Source of the DNA: Octopus sinensis
Lineage: Eukaryota
Direction: 5' to 3'
Assembly: GCF_006345805.1 (NCBI RefSeq)
Contig: NC_043018.1
Coordinates: forward strand, 17,918,001-17,982,000
DNA: 64,000 nt
The position numbers and the translations under genes are program-made. Under the pieces are notes generated by a model. The model was not told the origin of the DNA. It worked only from the letters and a program-made list of their open reading frames with translations, and searched no databases. Of this stretch, positions 1-12,346 are shown piece after piece (the first letter of the stretch is position 1; each line of letters opens with the position of its first letter).

Positions 1-140
1 AGACCCGAGCGATCAATGACCGACCAGACTTTAGAAAGTAAGCACTCGAGTCGATTTCTTCAACTAAAACCATTCAATTCGATGATGCTCCAGCATGGTC
101 GCAAACCAATGACTGAAACAAGGAACAGAACAGAACAAAT
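1..140 (+). mobile_element. SINE family B, degenerate 3' end
   Basis: tgctccagcatggtcgca..aatgactgaaacaagg matches the 3' end of family B copies at 2325 and 14141. Confidence 0.55.
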
Positions 141-894
141 ACAAGCTATCCCTCCCGTTCACTTTCTCTTTCATTTTCTTTCATGTTCATTAGTTCTTCG
201 ATGTTTGTTTCGGGATCTTTGTATTTTACTGTTTTCCTTACATGCTTTTTGCCACAGTGCAACACTTGTTACAGACGTGGCGCTTTGTTTCATTGTTCTA
301 TGTTTTATCGTCATACATGTTCTGACGTTTTTAATCTGACTTTTCTTTTCAATCTCTTTTGTAAGACGCCATCTTGAAAAACCAACTCAACAATTATATG
401 GACAACTAAACTCATAAGTCTGCAGGGACGCACCTGCTTCTTGCAACATAAAGTAAATGAGATGTACATTCAAAGTAGCATTGACTTTTACTTGTGAAGT
501 TATAAAAAGAAAACTTCTTTCATAAAATACAATGCAATAAAATCCATTCCATTGAACGAACTTGAAAACGACTGGACGCAGCAGATAATGTTAACAACAT
601 ATTTTCATTTTCTCTCACAAAGGTCAATACATGCACAAAACAACTTGTTCCAAATGCGCTTACAGTGTGTTTGAGTATCACAAAGGGTGTTGTTTAAAAA
701 TTATGGCTTTGCAGAAAATTTATACATTCTATAGGGACATATGCTAAAAGAAAAATGCAAATATGTGCTCCAATACGTAGAATAAATAGAGAATTATAAA
801 CACACACACACACACACACACATAAATGCATACATATCTGAGCGCAGCTTCATTTTGGTGAAGCGAATAAAAGAAATCTTCCGTCTTTCATTTA

Positions 895-964
<70 letters not shown>

Positions 965-2071
965 GTGAGTCGCGTAAAAGTCCATAGGTCCGGAAAAAGA
1001 TTCGCATATACACACATACATACACATACATACACACACAAACTCATATATATTATGTAACTGCCCATCACCAGCTCAGGTGTTTCTAGCTCGTTAACAC
1101 ATGTTCAGAGGTGAAGCTGTTCTTTCAGAAATATTGCGCAATATTTATATATAAACCGTTCTTATAAAAACATATTAGAAATGCAAAAAAAAAAAGAAAT
1201 ATGAAAATAAAAAGCCTCCTTTTGATAACGTATTTACCTAATTTAACACTCTAAAAGAAGACTATTATTGATTTTTATATATTGGATGTTATAATAGAAA
1301 TATCTTGCGAGAGAACAATAACAGACATCTATGTGGAGAGAATGAGCGAATGAGAGAGAGAGGGTGAGAAAGAGAAAATCACAAAGAAGAGGAGAATACA
1401 TGATTAATATCTTTATCTCTTGAGTAAATAGTTTAACCGTGAAATGAACCATATGAGATACCTTCTCATTGCTTACTCTGAGTCATTCTCTCTTCCTTCT
1501 ATTGTTTGCCGTCTAGATATTTCTGTTATTTCATACATTCTTATAAAAAAATCAATAAAAGCATTCATCCCTTATATAGTAAATTAGGTAAATCTGTTAG
1601 TATTTCATATCACATCCAATATTATGCATTCATATTTTAACTTGCATTATTCACCTGTTGCTTTTTTTCTTCTGTGACTTACATATATTCTATGAAACAT
1701 TTTTGTAAAAGTTAGCTTGACCTTAGAATATGTGTTAAAAAACAACAACAACGGTATAAATGACAGACGTCGCCATCTGCAATAAATGTTAGACTTCCCA
1801 TTCGCCTCCTGTTGGGCGTTTTATTGCGGCGAGTATGTGATTGGGTTTGGGACTGACCGCAAAACTAACACTGACGCTAATCAGGAAACAACAAATCCTT
1901 GCATCATGCTCTCTGATTCTATCTTTGGCAGGTTTTATACTTCGGGTTTTCTGCCACCGCAAAGCAAAAAAGCCCTCAGTGGTTTTCTACCCAGCACCAC
2001 TAGAGTGAATAACACAAACCCTCTTGTTCTCTGGGTACAGTTTTGGAATTGCCCTGCATTCTAGAAATATC

Positions 2072-2298
2072 TATTTCTTTATTACCCACAAGGGGCTAAA
2101 CATAGAGGGGACAAACAAGGACAGACATAGGTATTAAGTCGATTACATCGACCCCAGTGCGTAACTGGTACTTAATTTATCGACCCCGAAAGGATGAAAG
2201 GCAAAGTCGACCTCGGCGGAATTTGAACTCACAACGTAACGCAGACGAAATACCGCTAAGCATTTCGCCCGAGGTGCTAACGTTTCTGCCAGCTCGCC
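2072..2298 (-). mobile_element. tRNA-derived SINE family A, long-tail type (A2), full length
   Basis: Head ggcgagctggcagaaacgttag (A-box-like) and gagttcaaattcc (B-box-like); central ctttcatcctttcggggtcgataaattaagtaccag; TSD agaaatatc at 2063-2071 and 2299-2307; many near-identical copies in the window. Confidence 0.9.
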
Positions 2299-2324
2299 AG
2301 AAATATCACAAATAGAAAAATGTC

Positions 2325-2698
2325 ATAGGCGCAGGAGTGGCTGCATGGTAAGTAGCTTGCTTACTAACAACCACATGGTTCCGGGTTCAGTCCCACTGCG
2401 TGGCACCTTGGGCTAGTGTCTTCTACTATAGCCTCGGGCCGACCAAAGCCTTGTGAGTGGATTTGGTAGACGGGAACTGAAAGAAACCCGTCACATATAT
2501 ATATGTGGGTGGGGTGGATGGATGTGTGTGTGTATGTGTTTCCCCCCCCCATATCACTTGACAACCGATGCTGGTGTGTTTAAGTCCCCGTAACTTAGCG
2601 GTTCGGCAAAGGAGACCGATAGCATAAATGCTAGGCTTACAAAGAATAAGTCTTGGGGTTGATTTGCTGAAACAAGTGAAAGAGTAAAAAAGTAAATA
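2325..2698 (+). mobile_element. tRNA-derived SINE family B with internal (TA)/(TG) microsatellite
   Basis: Head ggcgcaggagtggctg..ggttcagtccc, then gcaccttgggc(a)agtgtctt (resembles the CORE domain, from memory); homologous copies at 21190, 24193 and 25565. Confidence 0.85.
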
Positions 2699-2823
2699 GA
2701 TGGTTGCTCGAAAAAGACATCCGCACGAGTAAATGTTGTTCCTTTTTAGCTCTGTTCTCACGGTCAACCAGTACAGTCGTTCAGGACTGATGACCAGCCA
2801 AGGGTCACATCACAGAAAAAACA

Positions 2824-3037
2824 GAAGAAGAAGAAGAAGAAGAAGAAGAAGAGAAGAAGAAGAAGAAGAAGAAGAAACAGAAGAAGAAGCCGAAGAAGAC
2901 GAAGAAGAAGAAGAAGAAGAAGAAAAAGAAGAAAAAGAAAAAGAAGGAGGAGGAGGAGAAGAAGAAGAAGAAGAAGAAGAGAAGAAGAAGAAGAAGAAGA
3001 AGAAGAAGAAGAACAATAACAACAACAAGAACAAGAA
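2824..3037 (+). repeat. (GAA)n/(GGA)n/(AAC)n purine-rich tract continuous with the tail of the adjacent SINE
   Basis: Visible triplet repeat; source of the poly-E/K ORF 2733-3209. Confidence 0.95.
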
Positions 3038-3213
3038 CGGTTTCAAATTTAGGCCCGAGACAAGTCAGTTAAGGGAAGGAGTTAGCTTGATTCCGTTGAG
3101 TGCAAAGCTCAATCGGTTCTTATTTCATCGACCCCCGACAGGAGGAAAGGCGAAGTTCTCTGCGGCAGAATTTGAGCTCCGAAGGCAGGAACGGAAGGAA
3201 TGGCGCTAAGCAA
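3038..3213 (-). mobile_element. SINE family A, short-tail type (A1), diverged
   Basis: Matches family A body (tcgacccc..gaaaggc..gaatttgagctc) and the A1 tail (ggtttcaaattt..). Confidence 0.65.
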
Positions 3214-3695
3214 ACTTACTATGCAAAAATTGCCGTGTTTTCCATGTATACCCTTACATCTACAATGGATAGCAATGTCATCCATGTTGGGTATAATACT
3301 TGTATCTTTAATATATGTGCGCTATTACGTAAGAGCTGTTCTATTATTCATTAAATCATATAACTATTAAGTTCTGGAGACATACTGATGCTTATTTGAG
3401 AGTTCACGTGAGAGGACATCTCTGAATTCGCACTGACTCACAGCTGGAATTTCTGAATAACAGACGTTATAATTTATATTGTGTTCTAACAACCGGTTAT
3501 TCGACACGCAATAGTAAATCAGAATTTTATACACACACATACATCCATACATACATACATACATACACACATACTCAGACACACATATATATATATATAT
3601 ATATATACATACATATAAATATATACATATATGCATGCATACATTTATATTTATATAAATACTTACGTATACAGTATATATATATGTATATACAT

Positions 3696-3729
<34 letters not shown>

Positions 3730-3750
3730 CATACACACACACACACACAC

Positions 3751-3784
<34 letters not shown>

Positions 3785-4529
3785 CACACACATGACAATA
3801 TATATATATATATATACACACACCTACACACACATGACAATAAGCAGTACTTACTGCTGGAAAAGGTTAATTAAAACTATTTCATTGCATTCCTCTCAGC
3901 CAAACATCATCGACCACACGCCTTTGCTATTTACCTGCTCTGGTGATATCTTGGCGATGGAACCAGCAACCCTGCAATTTACTGCTTGAAATATATTATA
4001 ACCTGTCTGAAATAGCTTCCGTATGATTCAGTATTTAGCGAAAGCTTACGACGACATTGCGACGTGCTTGTTTTCTTCTTTCCAGCCTTGTCTCATTGGT
4101 AATCTAAATAGCTTGAAATGGAATTGCGTATGTTCGGGATGTGCAGCATAGAGAGAGGGTCCTGTTATATTGCTTGTGTGTATGTTCAACGAAATGTCTG
4201 TGGATATTGGTACGTGCCTGTGTGGTGAGCATAGAACTCTCGCGGGGTGGGGAAGCGTTTGTGTAATTGAGTTTGCTACTCAAAGAATTGGCAGACTCTC
4301 TGCGAAATTACACTGGAATCTTAATAGTTAATTGAAGTTTGGAATTGAAATTGGGCCAATGAATAATATAGATAGACGCCGCCAATTATCATCGGCATCC
4401 GCATTTATAGAATTTGAAGAAGTCCTACAACTGTAATGCCGAGAATAATTGTAACACTGTTTCCTTTGCCGAACAAATAACGTAGTTCAGTACAATTCCA
4501 GAGTAACAGCACTGAGAAATATAGTGATG

Positions 4530-4598
<69 letters not shown>

Positions 4599-4600
<2 letters not shown>

Positions 4601-5015
4601 CTCAGCGAAAGAGTTTGACAAGCTCAGAAAATATAAAGACCTACTCATTGAAATTGAGAAAATGTGGCATCTCAAGGCGGTTACAATACCAGTGATCGTA
4701 GGAGCACTAGGAATGATCAAGAAGGGAACCGAAAATTATATGAGAATGATCCCTGGCTTACCATCCCTGCAAGAAGTGCAAAAGATTGTCTTAACTGGTA
4801 CATCACACGTATTGAGAAGAGCATTGTCGATGTGAGAACTGTTGCTGCTCATGTATCTTAATTTAACTTTTAAAAAAAATAAATTTTTTTTAAATGAACG
4901 AACTATTGAGTTTGGTTTAATGGCCTACCAATGTATACTATGAGTTTCTTTGCCCTAGGAGTCGGGAAGACACTCGGAAAGAAATGGAAGCAAATTTGAA
5001 AGAAGAAAAAAAAAA

Positions 5016-5016
<1 letters not shown>
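4599..5016 (+). mobile_element. 5'-truncated Dong/R4-type non-LTR retrotransposon (RLE C-terminus plus 3' UTR)
   Basis: SAKEFDKLRKYKDLLIEIEKMWHLKAVTIPVIVGALGMI...QKIVLTGTSHVLRRALSM* (stop at 4835) has the K..KY..L..E...W...PV..GALG pattern of RLE ends; flanked by (TAA)n at 4530-4600 and 5017-5053. Confidence 0.85.
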
Positions 5017-5053
<37 letters not shown>

Positions 5054-5271
5054 CCGTTCTATGATACATAGAAGGCCTGAAATTGCGGAGGAGAAGGATA
5101 AGTCAATTACATTGACACCAGTACTCAACTGGTACTTATTTTATCGACCCGAAAGGTTGAAAGGTAAAGTCGATCTCGGCGGAATTTGAACTCAAAACGT
5201 AAGGACAGACGAAATGCCGCTAAGCATTTCGCTCGGCGAGTTAACTCGGTGTTCTGCCAGCTCGCCGCCTT
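5054..5271 (-). mobile_element. SINE family A (A1) whose (ATT)n tail hosts the Dong/R4 insertion
   Basis: Head aaggcggcgagctggcagaa ends at 5271; tail reads ..tcatagaacgg-(att)n on the minus strand. Confidence 0.8.
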
Positions 5272-7938
5272 AAATATAATAATAATGATGACAAGTCCTT
5301 GACTTGGTGCAAAGCCAGAAAATTGGTGGTAACGGTATCACGACAAGAGCATCGACCTCAGAGACAATACCTATTCAAGACGAAAGCGAGATGCTACTCC
5401 GGTGGAAGTACTACAAAGGACGTATTTGAGAAAGACAAACCTTCATATCTGCTTCGATACAACGGAGCCTCTCTCCTTTTTTGGATTTGATGTTATATCG
5501 TTGTCGTCATCAACAACATCATTATCCTTAAATAATATTTTTGTTTGTATGTATGTATATATGTGTATATTCTTCCCTACCCAGCTTATTCCCCAGACCT
5601 TTCGCCTACCGACTACCACTCTTTTCAAGCACCTTGATGGTTTCCTGCGAAAAAAGGAGTTCAAAAATGAAACTGTTGCTGAATGTGTGATGAAACAGAT
5701 CATGAGCTCCAGATTTTTAAGTTACCAGAACAAATAAACTTGCAACTCGTTGACAAAAATGTGTTGATTTAAATGGTACTTACTTCGATGAATAAAATTT
5801 CCGCATCGTTGAAATATATTGTGATGAATTTCATGTTTCAAAACGTTGCTTACTTTTTGCTCAGCCTGATATATATTATGCATACAAGGTGATATGTGTC
5901 TGTTTGTTTGAGCACATGAAGTTTTACAACAACTGAAGCTGTTAAATGCTAACAAAGAATCTGAATTCAAAGAGCCGCTTTGACGGGCTTTCAAAATTCC
6001 AAACTCTATAGTAAAATTATCTTTATAAACATATATGATTTAATCCAATGCCGTTCTTTCTGCGGCGTTTACCTCTGCTTATTATCAATAACGAATTTAG
6101 TCATTCTAAATAACATCTCAATTATATATACATGTAATGAAATTTCCTGTTTTTGTACGGCTTAATCCGTTATTAGAACTTCTTTCAGTATTACCTAATA
6201 TGCCTCTTATTTCCAAATCCTCTTTTTACTTTGTAAGTATATGTATGTGACTATAATTGATAGTGAAAGAGAAAGTATCATAAGTTAAAGAAATGTTTAT
6301 TATTCACAGTGGAACTTTAGTATTCTATTTAGTATTCACAGTGGAACTTTAGTATTTAGTACGTTTTTATTAGTTAAGATTATTCAAAGAAATCTATTTT
6401 CTTACGTAATTGGCAAAAGTAAATCATAAACGTTGGCAGACACAAGAAACTTAGAATATGATTATAACCGAAGATACTTTCAAAATAAAGGACATTTATC
6501 TGTTTCTGAGAACAACGATCCTACAATCTATTTCTTATAATTGAGTTTCAACATTCTGAACAAATCTTAACTATTAAAGCTGTCCGTATTCTGTTTTGAC
6601 TTATTTAATGTTATATTTTGTCGCGTAGCGTTGCTAATAAAGAGCCAACTTTAATGTCCCTCTTACCTTGCCTGTTTTTTGTGTTTTTTTTTGTCACCCT
6701 CACAAAGGAAACCAAATCGACATCTCAATTTTTAATCATGGAAAATAGAATTTAAACAATCAGATTTATAGACATTTATCTTACGACTGAACGGGGAATA
6801 CGTGTTTACATTCAAATAAAAGACGTGTGCGCATTAAGATATTAATTTGATTATTGGATTTATTTACAGAAAGATTTGTTAGAAAGAAGGACACACCCAA
6901 GTATCTATAAAACCCTGTCGCAATTCATACCATTTCTACTTTTTAAGCTTGTTTTTCTATCTGCGACATCTTTTTATTTGTAGGGATTCTAATCCTTTTC
7001 GGAAATAATATTTGTATCTAAAATGCGGTGATGGAAACACAACTAAGGATTAAATCTAAAAACGCTGGCTTTAGAAGACGATTGAAAGTATTTCGCTTCA
7101 CATCTGGCGCCCACTCCATCCACAACAACCTGTACAGTTTGCCCTATTTCTCCATTTCATGTCGACGCCATTTTGTAATATTTCAAACCAAAGCACTTAT
7201 AACCCTAGCCCTAATATTACTTGACCTTGTGATGCTACACAGTTGTTAACCCTTCGATGCTTCAGCTGGATACAGCTGGATAAATCTACTTCATACGTCT
7301 CTGTTTAATCATGCCTGCGTATGGTGTGCATGTCTGTGTGTGCGTGCGTGCGTGCGCGTGTATGCGTGTGTAACGTAGCGAACAACGAGAGACAGTGAAA
7401 ATGTCGACATTGCTAATATTGTGCGTAACAATTAGATGGGAATACATATTAATGATAATGGTGCAGTTGTTTTTGTTTGACAATCACGATTAACTGAAAA
7501 CAAACCAACCTTAGCAGGAAAAAAGAGTAGAAAGTGAAGCTGTCAGCGAAACCCGACATGATAAAGAAATAATTCAAACAGCATTCGTTTGATTGTTTTC
7601 TATAAAAGAGACTCAGTGATTTTACAGTATTTATATTCGTTCTTTTCACTTTGACTTACACTGGTGAAATTAATGGTTGTAAATGAACTGGAATCGGTTC
7701 AATTGATTTTTCCTTTTATTCTGCTAAATTTCGCTTAGCGTCTCGTCAAAAGACATCATGATTAGCATGTTTTGAAACAGACAATGGAGTCTGTGCCGTT
7801 CCGCTATGAAGCATAGCTATTACAACTTAGCTCCCTTTCAGGATGCATTAGAGAGCAATAAATTTACTCCGCTATGGTACGAGCTATTTTCCCATTCGCT
7901 TTCATCTAGCGCACGGCAATTGGCCGGCATGTACAGCC

Positions 7939-8551
7939 AATATATTTGCCCGAGTTCTACACTTATTTCAACATAGATAATGCCTAATTTTGTTTGCATC
8001 TAATTCTAGAATATGTCATTTACATTCAAAATATTAGCGATTTCGTTTGTCACACGAATCCATGTTACCTTGTGTTCAATAGATCTCTACAGAATTTTAA
8101 TGGACGGATATTGCTAAGTATTTACAATGGAGAATGTTGTTTGATAGGCTAGTGTCTTGTGTCAAAATGAGCGTAACTCTATCAAACGAGGAATTCTCTT
8201 TAAAGCAAATGAAAGTCTAACACAGACTACAAGCTACAATATATTTGCCCGAGTCCCACACTTATTTCAACATAGATAATGCCTGATTTTGTTTGCATAT
8301 AATTCTAGAATACGTCTTTTAAAATTCAAAATATTAGCAATTTCGTTCCGACGTTTAGAATTTGTCACACGAATCCATGTTACCTTGTGTTCAATAGATC
8401 TCTACAGACTTTTAAAAGACGGATATTGCTAAGTATTTAGAATGGAGAATGTTGTTTGATAGACTAGTGTCTTGTGTCAAAATGAGCGTAACTCTATCAA
8501 ACGATGAATTCTCTTTAAAGCAAATGAAAGTCTAACACAGACTACAAGCTA
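7939..8551. repeat. Tandem duplication of about 300 bp (7939-8236 and 8238-8551)
   Basis: Both copies run aatatatttgcccgagt...acagactacaagcta, with scattered substitutions and one insertion of about 15 bp. Confidence 0.95.
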
Positions 8552-8865
8552 ATCATCCTAAAAAAAAAACAGAGGCAAAGAAATAAAACATAGACGAAAA
8601 AAAATAACTTAATATAAATTGAGGTTTGTCATTTGGAAAACTGCGAACAGAAACCATAGAAGTGAGAGGTTGAATGTCGAATCAATATATATACACACAC
8701 ATCTATATGTGGATGAAGGACGACGGAGACGATACATAAGTGTCTCAAGCAGCTGCTGTTTGCCAAGAGGCTCACAGTTCTTGACTCGATTACGTCGCTT
8801 CACAGATAATATGTACATTCATGTAGATACACACTCACACACACGTGTGTGTGCGTGTCCGCATG

Positions 8866-8904
<39 letters not shown>

Positions 8905-9127
8905 ATGTGTGTGTGTGTATGTATACACAGATATGTATATATGTATATATATATATATATATATATAACATGGTAGCGATAAGTTTCTATTGAATTTTTT
9001 TGCTACCCTAAATTGACTAATATATATATATATATATAATTTCAACAATTGAGGGCAAAATTAATTAATTATTATCAATTTCACCAAGTGTTCAGTATGC
9101 AAAGGGACATTCAAGGCGAATTCAAAT

Positions 9128-9239
9128 TATTACATTATATAAAAGGGCTTAGTAAAATAAATTACTTAAATAAATTTCTAATGAGTTCAGTATGCGGCAA
9201 AGTAATTTATTTTACTAAGCCCTTTTATATAATGTAATA
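9128..9239. repeat. Perfect 40-bp inverted repeat with 32-nt spacer, right arm abutting (TA)n
   Basis: 9128-9167 tattacattatataaaagggcttagtaaaataaattactt is the reverse complement of 9200-9239. Confidence 0.95.
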
Positions 9240-9253
9240 TATATATATAATAT

Positions 9254-9297
<44 letters not shown>

Positions 9298-9324
9298 TAT
9301 GTGTATGTAAACACAGATATGTAT

Positions 9325-9359
<35 letters not shown>

Positions 9360-9392
9360 GGTTATATATACGTGTGAGCGGTATATGCATAC

Positions 9393-9446
<54 letters not shown>

Positions 9447-9775
9447 CTACTTGCACGCACTCATATTTTTGCTCTCTGTACTGAATTGAATTTCGCTTGT
9501 TTGTATTCCCAAAGCATGTATGCTTGCAGATATGTATAAATGTATGCATGTATATAATATCTTGTAAACAGTAACACATAAGTCTTCATATGCTTCTCCA
9601 TAGGTAAAATGATTGCTTATCAACACGTATACATATGTTATGTTGATTTCACAGCGAAATAGTAATTAGGTTTGTAACAGAACATGCAGGCTGGATGCTG
9701 ACGAAGGGAAGGGATTCAGTAGGATGTGTTGACGTAATCGGCAATATTATAATGAGGAGAACAGCCTTGATAACG

Positions 9776-10164
9776 GATGGATGGAAGCACTCCGTCGGTT
9801 ACGACGATGAGGGTTCCGGTTGATCCGAATCAACGGAACAGCCTGCTCGTGAAATTAACGTGCAAGTGGCTGAGCACTCCATAGACACGTGCACCCTTAA
9901 CGTTCTCGAGGATATTCAGCGTGACACACAGAGTGACAAGGCCGGCCCTTTGAAATACAGGTACAACAGAAACAGGAAGTAAGAGTGAGAGAAAGTTGTG
10001 GTCAAAGAGTACAGCAGGGATCACCACCATTCCCTGCCGGAGCGTCGTGGCGCTTTTAGGTGTTTTCGCTGAATAAACACTCACAACGCCCGGTCTGGGA
10101 ATCGAAACCGCGATCCTATGACCGCGAGTCCGCTGCCCTAACCTCTGGGCCATTGCGCCTCCAC
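9776..10164 (-). mobile_element. tRNA-derived SINE family C, full length
   Basis: Head ggaggcgcaatggccca(g)..ggttagggcagcggactcgcgg..ggtttcgattccc; TSD ccttgataacg at 9765-9775 and 10165-10175; short (TCCA) tail. Confidence 0.9.
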
Positions 10165-10741
10165 CCTTGATAACGACGGTTCTTAAGAACTAAATTCTTA
10201 CAAGAATTCCTATCTGGAAATACATTGTTCAGTCTGGTTGAATTTTTTTTTTTTTTTTGCATAGAGGAGGAAATTAATACGTTTGGCTAAATTCAATAAC
10301 GATGGCAAAAATAGAATATGCAATGTAATTATAATTTTTGATTGTTCATTATAAAATCTTAAGTTGTTTTATGTTTTATTAATGTTTGATTACGACTTAA
10401 TTGTTGTCGATAAAAATTATATAATAGGAAAATGTTTCGTTTAATTTTTAAATCATTATGTAAAGAACTAAATGATTTAATTAATTGACTCGAGGATAAC
10501 ACAAAACTTCGTCTAAGAAATACACACTAAATATTTAAAAAATATATAAAATCTATAATGTATAACTCAGGTATGCATTAATATTAAGAGGTTTAGGTAT
10601 ATAAAAGAAATTAGTACAATATAGTTGTTTGGTGTAAAGAGACAAAATATATATATGTAGGTCCCGGGTTGAGTCGGGATTAACCACAGTAAATAAGGTA
10701 CTCAATACATAGCAGAATAAATTAATTTATTTTATAGAAGG

Positions 10742-10792
10742 AGCTTCTACAGGACTAGAACTGTTTCATTCAAATGAAATCATCAGGAAGCT
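10742..10792 (-). ncRNA. Type I hammerhead ribozyme motif (family 1, minus-strand copy)
   Basis: agcttc-CTGATGA-t ttc attt gaa t-GAAA-CAG ttctagtc CTG-TA-gaagct. Confidence 0.7.
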
Positions 10793-10817
10793 TACTGTCA
10801 AACTTATCTTGACAGCA

Positions 10818-10868
10818 AGCTTCCTGATGATTTCATTTGAATGAAACAGTTCTAGTTCTGTAGAAGCT
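10818..10868 (+). ncRNA. Type I hammerhead ribozyme motif (family 1, plus-strand copy), predicted GUA cleavage after 10862
   Basis: Stem I agcttc (10818-23)/gaagct (10863-68); core CTGATGA 10824-30; stem II ttc/gaa with U.U closure; GAAA 10843-46; stem III CAG/CTG; UH = TA. Confidence 0.7.
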
Positions 10869-10905
10869 CCTTCTATAAAATAAATATATATATATATATA
10901 TATAC

Positions 10906-10972
<67 letters not shown>

Positions 10973-10996
10973 TATTATATATATAATAATATATAC

Positions 10997-11033
<37 letters not shown>

Positions 11034-11118
11034 TATATATATATATATATATATACGTTTATATATTTGTTTTGCAAATCGTGTGTTGAAAGAGATGTTG
11101 TTGTAATTAGGAATGGTC

Positions 11119-11202
11119 AATTTGAACTCAGAACGTAACGACAGACGAAATACCACTAAGCATTTCGCCCGGTGCGCTAAAGTTTCTGCCAGCTCGCCGC
11201 CT
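11119..11202 (-). mobile_element. SINE family A, head only
   Basis: Reverse complement of the family A tRNA-like head through the B-box. Confidence 0.8.
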
Positions 11203-11225
11203 TTTTTGATGATATCGATATAAGT

Positions 11226-11515
11226 GAAGGGTAATGGCTTAGTGGTTACCGTATTCAATTCACAATCTCAGGGTCTTGAGTTCGATTCCCAATGGTACCT
11301 TATTTCCTTGAGCAAAACACTTTGTTTCACGTGGCAGCATTTCACTCAACTGGCAGAAATGCGTAGTAACTGTATTTGAGAGGGACCAGCCTTGTCATAT
11401 TCCGTGTTACGCTGAACCTCCTGAAGTACAGTAAGGGGCGGTGGCTGTGCGCTGCTCAACCATTTGTACGTTCATTTCACAAGCATGATGTTCCTTTGAC
11501 CGACAGGGTGTCAGC
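11226..11515 (+). mobile_element. Old SINE with a different head/core but a family C-like 3' half
   Basis: tggcttagtggtta..gagttcgattccc head; tccttgagcaaaacactt; then ctgtatttgagagggaccagccttgtca..gctgaacctc similar to family C. Confidence 0.55.
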
Positions 11516-11663
11516 TATATTTTGATCCCGTGCAATGCATAGGATATTATTCTCAAGAACTTTTCTATCTCACTAATATATTACATTCAAAATATAGAAT
11601 CCTGACTGTAATTCAAAGAAATGTGCATTAAGAAATATGGAGCACACTCCCTCATTTTACTAT

Positions 11664-11798
11664 ACTTTGCCTTTCATCCTCTCGGGGTCGATAAATAAAG
11701 TACCAGTTTCGCACTGGGTTGATGTAATCGTCTTAATCCCTTTGTCTGTCCTTGTTTGTCCTCTCTATGTTTAGCTCCTTGTGCGTAGTAAAGAAATA
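11664..11798 (+). mobile_element. SINE family A2, 3' half
   Basis: ctttgcctttcatcc..gtttgtccctctctatgtttagc..gtaaagaaata. Confidence 0.8.
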
Positions 11799-12300
11799 TA
11801 TATCAATATCGTCAGAAATTATAATTAGATTTTGTGTATCCAAATATAAATACTTTGCATTTGTAAGTATGTATGTGTTTTCCCTGTGTATATACCGACG
11901 TCGATATACTGTCTTGTATTTATGCGAGTACACTAAAATCGTTTTTGAGAAAATCAATTGACAAATAGCACGAACATCGTGGAAGAACGATTTAACAACA
12001 CACCAAGTTGTTAATTTTGCTGTTGGGCGACGAAAATGTTGACGCCTCATGAAATAAATTTCATTTTAAGGGGAATTTAATAGTTTTATGTGTTATTAAA
12101 TAGCTCTTCGCTTACGGAGTTCCTTCGGTTACATCACACGCTCTCAGATCAAAACACTTGCCAAGCAAACACCGAAATATAGAAATACATATAAGCAGGA
12201 ACTGAAACCAATCAGAATATATAAAAATATACGAATTACATCTGTTTATGGAAATACGTGAAATATATTTCTTGAGGCGTTAAAGTATATCAGCGTGTGC

Positions 12301-12346
<46 letters not shown>

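Larger units (their letters stand above)
10657..10885. mobile_element. Penelope-like pLTR remnant with an inverted partial copy, between (TA)n tracts
   Basis: 77-bp arms 10725-10801 and 10809-10885 with 2 mismatches; each arm has a hammerhead motif followed by AATAAA; the Penelope assignment is inferred from this architecture. Confidence 0.6.

Noticed and set aside
2733-3209. 158-aa acidic/basic ORF
   Set aside because: It is a (GAA)n tract plus an antisense SINE, not a gene
4030-4260. YLAKAYD, resembling the RT motif DxxKAFD
   Set aside because: No convincing downstream RT motifs
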